Part shown: positions 12,401-24,400 of the stretch, in pieces | Layout: each line of letters begins with the position of its first letter | Position numbering within the stretch: the first letter of the stretch is position 1 | Source: Macrostomum lignano | Taxonomy: Eukaryota | Direction of reading: 5' to 3' | DNA: 64,000 bases | NCBI GenBank assembly: GCA_002269645.1 | Contig: NIVC01003077.1 | Coordinates: forward strand, 29,949-93,948 | Made by a program: the position numbers and the translations under genes | The notes under the pieces: generated by a model | What the model saw: only the letters and a program-made list of their open reading frames with translations | The model's database searches: none | Told to the model about the DNA's origin: nothing

Positions 12401-15400
12401 GTCTCATCTGGACTAGCGTGCTGGAGCAGAAGGCCGCCCGTCAGCGGCTGTACCAGCTTCAGGGCAGCATTTGCCGTGCCATCACAGGTGCGTACCCGTC
12501 CACCCCTTACGAGGGGCTGAACACTATCCTTAACCTACCTCCGCTTCACCTATTTATTAGGGCGGAGGCTATGAAGTCTGCCTCCCGGCTTATCAGAGAT
12601 AAAACGTTAAATAACGCGCCCTCTGGCTTTATGCCAATGAAAACATTAATCCCGCATATGGACTTTGTCCGCCGCGACCTTAACAACATCCACATGGACC
12701 TGGGCAATGTGGATAGTCGACCTCCCGCCCTCAACATCAGGAGGGGCTTCAAGACCGCCATCCCTGGCCGAGACAACATTCCGCTGGATGTCGGTGTGAA
12801 CCGGCGCAGCCAGGGCATTCACTGCTTCACCGACGGCTCGCTGTTCAACGGCCGCGCTGGAGCGGGTATTGCCATTTTCCACGAGGGTAAGATGCTTCTC
12901 CAGGAAAGTCTGCACCTCGGTGAGAACACCTCAGTTTTCCAAGCTGAAATTTGCGCCATTGAGCAGTGTGCCCAGCAACTGTTTCAGGCGAACATTAATA
13001 ATTTTGACATTAATTTCTACACTGATAGCCAAGCTGCTATTAAGGCCTTAACCACTGAGAATATCTCCGCTGCTACAGTATCTCAATGCCACCGCAGTGT
13101 GCAATCTCTCTCAGTCCTTAACAGGATTAGAATTATCTGGACACCTGGTCACAGCAACATCCTGGGCAACGAGCTCGCGGACTCTCTCGCCAAGGAGGGC
13201 AGCAACCCAGACGGCAACCACCGTCTGATGAGGCTACCCACCCCCAGGTCGCAAGTCACCCGCCATATCAACAGGTGGCTCCATCAGCAGCACCAGCTCC
13301 ACTGGAACAGCTGCACCGAGTACAGGCAGAGCCGCTCTGCCATGCCTAACCTGAACAGGAAAGTCTCTGATTATCTGATTTCGCTTAACAGAACCGACCT
13401 CAGGGAGATGTGCATGGTCCTAACCGGCCACGGATTCTTCCAGAGACATATATCGTTGCAAACCGGTTGCCCTCCCACCTGTCCCTTCTGTGGCATAGGA
13501 GAGGAGACCGCGGAGCATCACGTCACCTTCTGCCCTTACTTCAACAAGGCGCGGCACAAATACCTCGGCCACCCCCAGCGGATGGACGAGCTGACCACCG
13601 CGGACAATATCCGAGACCTCCGCGCCTTCGTCCGGGACTCCGGCCGGATGAGGGTCGCCGATGCCTCCACTGCGGACCTGCCGACTACTGGCGGGGACTG
13701 GGCGCACCCCCAAGGCTAATCCTTGTGCTCTTTTACCTTGGGGTTGCGATAGGGGCCTCGCGGCCTATTCGCGGCGCCTGCGCCCCCCGTCAGTAGTAAG
13801 CAGTAGTAAGTAACCGGTTGATGCAACTGCTGCTGAAGTTGCACCTATCGAGGAGCTACAAGCAGAGGCCGAAGAAACCATGGATAGCAAGGCTACCCCA
13901 GTTGTTCAGGAGCCGCAGCAGTACGTCAGCCACGAAGTTGTTGAGGAGCAACCGGTTGATGCAACTTCTGATGAAGTTGCACCTGTCGAAGAACTTCAAG
14001 CGGAACCTGAAGAGACCCTTGACAGCAAAGCCACACCAACTGTTCAGGAGCCGCAGCAGTACGTCAGTCATGAAATTGTTGAGGAGCAACCGATTGATGC
14101 AACTGCTGCTGAAGTTGCACCTGTCGAAGAACTTCAAGCGGAACCTGAAGAGACCCTTGACAGCAAAGCCGCACCAGCTGTTCAGGAGCCGCAGCAGTAC
14201 GTCAGTCATGAAATTGTTGAGGAGCAACCGGTTGATGCAACTGCTGATGAAGTTGCACCTGTCGAAGAACTTCAAGCGGAACCTGAAGAGACCCTTGACA
14301 GCAAAGCCGCACCAGCTGTTCAGGAGCCGCAGCAGTACGTCAGTCATGAAATTGTTGAGGAGCAACCGGTTGATGCAACTGCTGATGAAGTTGCACCTGT
14401 CGAAGAACTTCAAGCGGAACCTGAAGAGACCCTTGACAGCAAAGCCGCACCAGCTGTTCAGGAGCCGCAGCAGTACGTCAGTCATGAAATTGTTGAGGAG
14501 CAACCGGTTGATGCAACTGCTGCTGAAGTTGCACCTATCGAGGAGCTACAAGCAGAGGCCGAAGAAACCATGGATAGCAAGGCTACCCCAGTTGTTCAGG
14601 AGCCGCAGCAGTACGTCAGTCATGAAATTGTTGAGGAGCAACCGGTTGATGCAACTGCTGCTGAAGTTGCACCTGTCGAAGAACTTCAAGCGAAACCTGA
14701 AGAGACCCTTGACAGCAAAGCCGCACCAACTGTTCAGGAGCCGCAGCTCTACATCACGCAGGAAGTTGCCGAAGAGGCTGCAGTTGATGCGACTGCCACT
14801 GAGGTCGCGCCGATCGAAGAACAGACTGTCCAATCCGATGATACACTTGATACCAAAACAAATATCACTGCACAAGAGGCACAGCACTACGTCACTCAGG
14901 AAGTGGCGGAAGAACAGCCTGAAGAGTCCTTTTCAGAAGGCATACAAGAGAAACAGTCGACTACCGCTGCCATTCAAGAAGAGATGCCTGCCGACCAAAG
15001 TGCTGCCGAGGTGCAAGAGGCCCAACAATACGTCACTCAAGAGGTAGCTGATGAAACTCCAGTGGACGTTGCTTCAGTAGAACTTGCACCAGTTGAAGAG
15101 CAAAAGGCTGAAGGTGAAGAAACTCTCGCTGCCCCAGCTAAGCCAGAAGTTCAAGAAGCTCAGCAGTATGTAACTCAAGAGGTAGCTGAGGAGCAATCTG
15201 AAGACACTGTCACGCAGGACCTTCAAGAGAAGACTCCAGCTGTTGCTGCTGTACAAGAGGAACTACCAGCCGATGCTACAACAACTGAAGTTTCTGCCGT
15301 CGAAGAGATTCAATTAGAATCTGAGGAGACTACCGATGCGCAAGCGACTTCTACGATGCAACAAGCTCAGCAGTACCAAACTCAAGAGGTCGCTGAAGAC

Positions 15401-18400
15401 TTCTCACTGGAAGAAGCTTCGACAGAAACCGAACAGAAGCACGAAGAGCCCGTTGCCGCTGAGCCAGTAGAAGTAGAAGAAGTCAAAGGCGATAAGAGCG
15501 TCCAGCTTCAGCCGACCAGTACAACCGAGCAAGAAGAGGCTCTCCCGATAGAGGAAGTCGGAGACATGGAGGCGAAGAAGCCGCTGCTTGTAAAAGAAGA
15601 CAAAGAAGAAGTTCCAGAAGAGTCTCTGGTAGAGCAGCAGCTTCAGGAGATGCAACTCAAACCTGCAGAAGAAACTTCGAAAATGGAAGCTGCATCAGCA
15701 GCAACTGAAAGCGAAAAGGCAGAAGTTCTTACTGCTGAAAGCTCTGAGGAAACTGCGGCTGATGCCAGCATTCAGCTAGAGTCAGAAGCTACAGTTGAAG
15801 AGGAATTTTCTGCTGAAATTACTGCCACAGAAGTTGCTCCAGTAAAAGAGATGCATGTAGAAGCTGAGCAAACTCTCGAAAGTGAAGCGACCTCCACGGT
15901 CCAGGAGGCTGCAAATTTTGAAAGCCAAGAAGCGACTGAAGAACTAAAAATGGATGTTGCATCTGCTGAGATGGCTCCCATTGAGGAGAAGCAAGCTGTT
16001 TCTGAAGAAACTGTAGAAAACAAAGCCGCTTCTACTGTTCAAAAGCCGCAAGAGTATGTTACTCAAGAAGTTACTGAAGAAGCTTCTGTGGATACCCTGG
16101 AAGCCAAAGTTGCACCAATCGAAGAGCTGCAGGCTGAGTCACAAGAAACTGCCCAAGCAGAAGCGGCATCAACCAAAGAGGTTGCGCAACAATACGTGAC
16201 TCATGAGGTTGCAGAGGAAGCCCCAGTAGATGTCACAGCTGATGTTGCGCCAGTTGAAGAAAAACAAGCTGAGACCAAGGAGACGCTTGATGCCAAGGCT
16301 GAGTCAACTGTTCAAAAAGTTCAGGAATACGTCACTCATGAAGTAACCGAAGAAGCACCTGTAGATGTCGCAACTGACGAACTGTCACTGGTTGAGGAGC
16401 AGAAGGCAGAAGCTGAAGAAACACTCGCTACCCCAGCTAAGCCAGAAGTTCAAGAAGCTCAGCAGTATGTAACTCAAGAGGTAGCTGAGGAGCAACCTGA
16501 AGACACTGTCACGCAGGGCCTTCAAGAGAAGACTCCAGCTGTTGCTGCTGTACAAGAGGAACTACCAGCCGATGCTACAACAACTGAAGTTTCTGCCGTC
16601 GAAGAGATTCAATTAGAATCTGAGGAGACTACCGATGCGCAAGCGACTTCTACGATGCAACAAGCTCAGCAGTACCAAACTCAAGAGGTCGCTGAAGACT
16701 TCTCACTAGAAGATGCTTCGACAGAAACCGAACAGAAGCACGAAGAGCCCGTTGCCGCTGAGCCAGTAGAAGTGGAAGAAGTCAAAGGCGATAAGAGCGT
16801 CCAGCTTCAGCCGACCAGTACAACCGAGCAAGAAGAGGCTCTCCCGATAGAGGAAGTCGGAGACATGGAGGCGAAGAAGCCGCTGCTTGTAAAAGAAGAC
16901 AAAGAAGAAGTTCCAGAGGAGTCTCTGGTAGAGCAGCAGCTGCAGGAGATGCAGGTAAAACCCGCTGAAACAGGTGCATCTGCCGACACAGCTCCAAAAG
17001 CAAAAGCTCAAGAGGTCCGAGCGGCTAGCCTCCAAGAGCCGATGGAACAAGAAATGGCTCAGGACATCACTGTGTCTGACGACTCCGACTTTATTGACTC
17101 AGACTTTGAAGAGGTAAAGGTTGAGTCAGACATGGGCCAGGAGTCAGTGACCAAGATGCTTCTGGAGCAGCAGAGCCTGCTGCAAATAGCTTGCGTCGAC
17201 GATTCCGAACGGCTTCAATCTCTGCCAGAAGCATCCAGCGATCAGCCAGAGGTGGCTGCTGTCGATGAGATCGCCATGACTGAGAAGCCGGAAGTCAGTG
17301 CGCAGCAGCCGGATGTCTTGGAGGCGCCAAAACCAAAACTGTTTGTCACACAAGAGCTCAAATCTGTTGAGGTGTTTGAGACAATGGACATCCTACTCGA
17401 GTGCGCGGTGACCGACCTACCGCAGCTGAGCGTGGCCTGGTTTCAGGTAAGCAATATCTAAAGCCGAACTGTTTTCTAACTAGTTTCTTTGACCTAGAAC
17501 GTTTTTAATAAAGCAGCGTCAAACTTGCACTCCAATAATGCAGAATGAAATGCCAGTGAAAGCGGATAGCCGTCACTCCGCTTTTTACACTGCGGGCGTG
17601 TGCTCGCTGCAGATTGTATCAGCCACCGCTGACGACTCTGGTGTGTACAAGGTTAAAGTGTCCGCCGAAACGGGAGAGAGTGTGTCCACCAGTGCCGAAG
17701 TTCAAGTTATGAGTGAGTACTTTGCTGTTTTTACAAACTCCGGTCAAGGTCTTCTAGGCGTATTAGTTTCTACAGCAATAGGGTACTATCTAGAAAATTT
17801 CGTATGCTCGTAAAGAATTAGCTGAATTTCCTTGAAGGTCTACGCGACTGCGAATTGCACGAGGACATTGTCATCACGGAGCGTCGAATTTACTACTATT
17901 GGGACGCCAGGCATCATCGCACAGAGTGTCATAACTAATAGCTATTAACTAGCAATGCTGCTCATTTATTGTATTCTCGTGCACATTGGCAATGCTATTT
18001 GGCAGCTCGGCACTGTTTATTCTGTACTTTTGTCACATCGCACATTAGATGGAAAATTTATCGATTTTCTGTACCGCGAATATTTAGACTTTCGTTTATT
18101 AGTTGCACTTGTTGCTCTCAGCTCAGTGAGAAGCTCAAGCCCCAAAAACTGATGGCTGGCGGCATCGCGCTTTCGCCAATAGTTCTCAGAATCGTTGATC
18201 AACCCTCTGCCAACAAATTCATTGCAGCGAAAGAGAAGCCAAAGGAGGCGCCAGAAAAGGCTCAAGGTAGGACTCCAATAAAAATTCTCGCGCACACGCC
18301 TGCATGCAAACCCGAAAGCCAGTGTATAGCAATAAATCACGGGTCGCTTTGTTTTTTCTTAGACTTCCGCCTCGAGACACAGCCAACCTGCATGCCTGCC

Positions 18401-21400
18401 TGGCCATCAGTTTCTTTGGCTTTTTGTAAATTAACCCCCATACTGACAAACAAACTAAGGTGTTTTAAAACACTAGCTTAGTCGCATGTACGAAACCGAA
18501 ATTATTGTGCGTCCTATTATTGATTAATAAGGTAACTATGCATTGTTTGACGTGCTTTTTAAGTGTTTCGCTATCGTAAATATAGCTCGTAGTAACACTA
18601 TGATAATAAAGTACCCGAATTTTCCTCAGTATCAGAGTCTTGCATGCGGCTCTATTCTTGACTCGCTATGTACGTTTTTCTCCAACCATTGTTTATCGGA
18701 GTTACTCTGGGATATAACCAGATTTTGTTTAAATTGCGCGCTCCGCATGCTCAACAAGTGTTTTAAGTAAAAAGTCGGAAAACTACTGTCAACTGAACGC
18801 CAATCAGTCATTTGGCAATCGCACATCATTTTTACGCGCAACTCAACCGACAGCATCGTTTCTGATTTGTGCGATTATTTCAATAATAACTAGGCTTTTA
18901 GTTGGTCCTCTACTGTCGTCACTGGAGCCAGTCACGGGGTGGTTAATTGCAAAGCATAGTAACAGAAAATTTGCAATCCAACTGACAGTGCTACCAGCCG
19001 AAGCCAAAGCATCCAGGCTCAAACTGCTAATTAGCGACATCGACGAAGATACGGACTCGCTAGTGCCGAGTCCGCTGTCCTGGCGCAGTCCCGTGCCCCT
19101 CAGCTCCCTCAGCGTGACCATCAGCGATGATTTCGATCCGTTGGAGCCCGGCTTCACACAACTGCCGCCAACATATGTCAGCGTATCCTCCGGTAGCCCC
19201 GTGCAGCTGCGCTACGCCTTCCGACCAGCCAATTGTAGCGTTGTCTGGACGTTCGGCGAATCCACGCTGCCAGTAGATGTGCATATTCACACCTATCGGA
19301 GCGAAAGGTTAGATGCAGAGTCTGAGACGGTGCTGCAAGTGCAAGTTGCTCGAGCTGGAATTCACGCTGGTATCTATTGTTGCGAAATCTCGAACGACCA
19401 CGGGTTCGAGTGTGCCCGCGTACAGCTGTCTGTTGCCGATCCCGGCTGGGGTGGCAACGGCAGTCTTGACTGGGAGGGTGAGGAAGTGGCCTCAATGGAT
19501 TGCAGCGCGGTCACTCAAATCAGCTAACTCTTCTCGGTATAGCGTTGCATAACTTATAATTGATAAAAACGTGCTTTAGTTGCCTAGAATTGCTTTTAAT
19601 TAAATCAACCATTACTGATATGCGCATTAACGAGATAAATGATTGTTATTAAAAGTTGCTCGTAACAAGCTGTAGTCAATAACAACTGCGATAACTCACT
19701 TGAGTAGAAGGTATTAACTTTTTAATCTGTTTCAAAATTAGAAGTCTTCCGCGTGCGTACACGTGACGGCTTAAATAAAAAGTCTTTCTAATCCTTAATC
19801 CCCGCAGAAGAGACAATCGACGTCTCCGTTGACACGTCAGCCAAGGAGGTGCCCCAGGAGGCAGCAAAACTGTCCTTCGACGTTGACGCTGACAGCAAAG
19901 AGGCGCCAGATGAACTCGACTTCAGCGTGGACGCAGACATCCAGGCTGAGGAGCCGGAAGTTGAAGAGGAGCCAATGGCGCCGGTCAAGCAACCGGAAGT
20001 TGAAAAACGTAAGTTATTTGGATTTCGTTTCAAAGCTACTTAAAGTTTTTTTCTTGAAAGTTTTTCTTCACTTTTAAGTCTTTCATTCAAAACGGTAATA
20101 GTACTCATTAGTCCTTTTACCCGTACAATTTCTTGCTCACCATTCACAGCCCGCACGGACTTCGACGCCTCCGTGGACACCGAGGCTCGCGCCGCGCCTA
20201 AAGAATCTGCAAAGTTTACAGCCGACGTTGACGCTTCGACCACGGAGGCCACCGAAGCCGATTTCGAAATCAGCGGCAGTGGCGAAGTCGAGGAACAGCC
20301 GCTGGCTCACGAGCAGGTCACTCTGGCCGAGGCTGAACCTGAGGAAGCCGCCGCAGATTTCTCCGCCGAGCTGGAGCCGGAACAGAGCACCGAGTCAGCT
20401 ACAGCTCAGCTCAGCCAAGCGGTCGCCAAGCCCGCCCCGGTCATCCTGCAGGGCCTACAGCCGCAGACGGTTATCGAAGGTCAAACTGTTGAATTCCACG
20501 TCGGATTTGAGGCCCACGAAGAGCAAGCGGTGGTCACATGGCTCAAGGACGGCGTCAAACTCGCTCCTAGCGAGCGAATCAGCATCGAGACCCGGCCGAA
20601 GTCAACCAGCCTGCGCATTCAGGAAGCAACAAAAGAGGACATTGCGGAGTACTCTGTGTCATTGTCGGTGGATGAGGATACGGAACCAGTTGTCTCAGAA
20701 GCACGGCTGACTGTTGAGAAGAAGGGTGAGTCATGATGAAGTTTTTCCCAGTCTGAGTTCGTACTTTAACTTCAATTCAAAAATTTGAGTTGATTATAAG
20801 CACTGATCACAAATTTACAAATTTCCTCATTTTAGACAAGCCAGCAAAGTTCACTGACCAGTTGGTCTCAAAGACAGTCAAACTGAACGAGAAAGTGATT
20901 CTGGAGGTCAACTACGAAGGCTACCCGCAGCCGGACGTTGTCTGGACCTTCGACGGCAAAGTAGACTGTCAGACTGACGAAAGGTATTTTTCGAAATTGA
21001 AATTTCCGATCATATAAGCAATTATTTCCTTGTTTCGAGAGTATTATTCGTTAATTGATATTTAATCGACGCTTTATGCGCAGATTCACAGTCACCGTTG
21101 ACAACAACGAGCAACACGAGGACGCTTACGTGACCTACCTGAGCATAGAAAAAGCCACCGAAGAGGTCACCGGCAACTTCACTGCCACTGCGACCAACAA
21201 GGCCGGCAATGACTCCGTCAGTTGCAGCGTCAACCTCGAGGAGCTAGCGCCCAGCTTCATCAAGCCGCTGAAGAAGCCGTCTGACGGTGCCAAAGTAGAC
21301 GCAGATTTCACTCTGACTTGCGAATTCGACGGTCGTCCAACGCCAAGCATCAACTGGTACGTGAACGGTGAACTAGTAGAGACAACCAGTAAGCGCTACC

Positions 21401-24400
21401 GGGTGACCGTTGAGCACAGTGTCACCACGCTGACCATCTTGGGCGTATCCGAGGCCGACAATAATGTTCCAATCACCTGCGTTGCAAGAAATCGCAAAGG
21501 CGAAGCGCAGACGGATACCACGCTGCAGGTCGAGGGTGAGTTCAAGCTCGATGATTTTTCATCAACATACGAAAGCTTTGCTTTCTATTCGAAGCGCGCG
21601 ATTTATGCATGGCATGCTGCCTCCTTTGACACTCCTACTAAATTATAACTCTTATTAGGTAGTTGACACTTTTCTGATAATAACAGCATGCATCTAAATA
21701 GAGCCAACTCAATTAACTACGTAAATAAAATTAAGTGCTCATCTTTCAGTTCTCTCTGCTTGCTAATTTCTAGACCGCACAAGAATAGTTTGCATGCTGC
21801 TCCTACTGTCCTTCGCATGCCTGCTCGCTCTCCTGCTCGACCTGCTCCTGGCCTGAACGACATACCGCTGATAACGCAACTCAAACTACGATTAAAATAT
21901 TCAAATTAGAATTCAAATGCCTCTGCGATAGGGCACAGAACTCGTCATATGCAATTATTTAAAGAAAAGGTATTAAATTTGTTTGAACTCTTAAATTTAG
22001 TTCAAACTTTTTTAATCAGCTAATATTTATTAAAAAGTTCAAAGTCGTTTGTTTATTAATAATAAAGTTGATGACAAACAAAAAATTCCTAAATGTTTAC
22101 CTAATTTCCTTTTATTTTTTGTTTTCTAGTCCTTTCCTATTGTTTTGAATTTTATCAATAATAATTTCTTTACCTTAATAATCATCATTCAATACTACTA
22201 ATCCACTTGATGAGAATTCCGATATACTTTTTTATATTTTTATTTCGCTAAAATTAGTTTATCAAAATTAGTTAATTTATTACTTGATACCAGTAAAACA
22301 TCTAAAAAATTATTATAATGGTGCTACTGACGAGTAGATCATGCCAATTGAAACAAAACACTCGAACTGTTAACTTTGCGCGCGTCCACAATTTAGAGAT
22401 TAGCTGTTTGTTTGTTCATATCGCATTGCTTGATAGTCCTCACGTTTCAGATCTGTTTAACTGTTTCTAAAAGAATCTGTGATATTCGGCACTGAATTTT
22501 TACTGTATTCTGTCTGCTGCTCTTGTTTGACACTTTTTCAATTACTTTGTTATAATATTCTGTGCATTGTATTGCACAGATCAATTGTATTTTGCTTGAG
22601 TTACGGGATAAAATATATATATCCAAATTAAATACGCATATCCCTATAGTGTGTGCCTACTATACAAAATCGCAGCTAATATTTCCTGTTTAATATTAGT
22701 TACTCGTAGACGCACATGCAGTGACATCGTGTCGTGTGCATTATGAAATTTTTTGCATATTATTGCACGCTATGTTAAATAGTGCTTTAGTAGCCCTTTG
22801 CTCGCAGATCCCAAAAGCCTCTGAATTTAAGCTTTCTGAATGAAATTCATCGACTGTATATCGTTGAGTAGATTTTGTAGCTGGTGTTGCACTTCTAAGA
22901 AAGCGCGCTGTTCTAATTCTGCTTCTGCAGACGCTATGCGATCGTTGTAAATATTATAGCGCTATTCCACCTGTTCTAATAAATTAGGACGACTTTAAAC
23001 TGCCACTATTAATCCGGACATCTAAGCGGCTTTAGAAGTTATGAGACACCCGGCTATTTAGCTAGTCGCAGTCTTTGGGCCCTGCAGCAAATCTGCTGAT
23101 GGGTGACCCGCAGCCAGTGACGAGGCAGTTGTACTTTCCGTTGCTCATTGCCGGTTAGCCCAAGTGAATGGTACGAATACTACTCAATCCCTGGGTAATT
23201 TTCGTTCACGATGAGACTGCACGCGGAATCAAGTTCGGGGAAAGTGCATTTCGCTTGAGAGTCGGTTCCGCTCCGCTACTCAATCCCTTGTTTCAACCGT
23301 GACTACTACATGTACTATTGAGGGCTAGATGGTTTTGCTCCCCGGTACTGTTAGCGCAGTATTTTGATGTCGGAAAGCAAAATAGATTAGAGTGGTGTAG
23401 AATTTTTTTACTTTTCTGTTAAAAATCTATTGTAGTTGCCCTGCAAGATGCAACTGGTGAGCTGCACGAATCAACTGAGCCGCAGCAGCTTGAGATGCCG
23501 CAGGAAGGCTGCACCGAGTTGGAGGACAGTGAGCCGACTCTGAGCACTATTCAACCAACCACAACGGCAGACGATTTGAACAAGGCCGAGACTAAAGTTA
23601 GTAGCTTTGAGGTCATGGGTATTGAAGAGCAGTCCGTGGAAGAAGAGCTGCTATCTTCCGAACAGGCAGTGGGGTACCTCCGTCCGAGCAACTCGAAGTG
23701 GCTTTAACTCCTGCTGTACCTGATGCAGCTATGGCTGAATCTATGGAAGAGGCCACGACTGCGCTACCACGTCAGGACAGCACCGAAGAGGCTGCCCCGA
23801 GCGAAGGTTCCGTTTCCAGTGACGATCAGTTCTACGAGACTTCGGCAGGGTTCACAAAGTTCGAAGACGAAGTTCGCCCTGAAACTTTGTCGCAGCTGGC
23901 TGACAAAGAGTACGACTCGATAGAACAGCAAACAGTCAAGAGCAGCGAGGTAGTTGCCAAGAAAACAGCAGAACAGCTGCATTTGCTAGCGGATGAGCTC
24001 AACATCGAGCCTCACAGTCTGGACGTTATCGAATCATACGAGGAATTCACTGCGAAGAAAGAAAACAGCGAACAAACATGGTGCTATGCGACTTCCGTGA
24101 TTGTCACAAAGCGCTCCAGTGTTTGCACAGAGCAGGTTGAACTTACTGGCACTGAGGAAATTTCTGTTCGGGAAACTGAGGCTGACACTAAAAATATAGC
24201 TTCGGAATTTCTTGACGCCAAAGTGAAACAACAACCGGAAGTCAAAGAGCTGAAGGAGCACTTAGAGGAGAAAAAAATAGCAAATCAGCAGCAAGAACCA
24301 CTGGAAGCAGATGAAGTGAGTGTGCCGCAGTCCTCCACAGAAGACTTCCAGAGCGAGACAACAACTGAATCGGCAGCGCAGTCTACTGAAAAAGCACATC

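Larger units (their letters stand above)
9520..14760 (+). repeat. Coding tandem repeat, 138 bp / 46 aa ([46 protein letters not shown]), about 10 copies split by the retroelement
   Basis: GCAGTACGTC recurs at 9661 and 9799 (138 bp apart) and continues after 13812. Confidence 0.92.

Noticed and set aside
9982-13719. Prokaryotic retron, group II intron or DGR reverse transcriptase system
   Set aside because: APE endonuclease, RNase H, CCHC finger, simple-repeat tail and TSD define a eukaryotic non-LTR element
13818-15047. Alternative-frame and antisense ORFs over the 138-bp repeats (409, 215 and 113 aa)
   Set aside because: Shadow ORFs caused by stop-free repeats in a real exon
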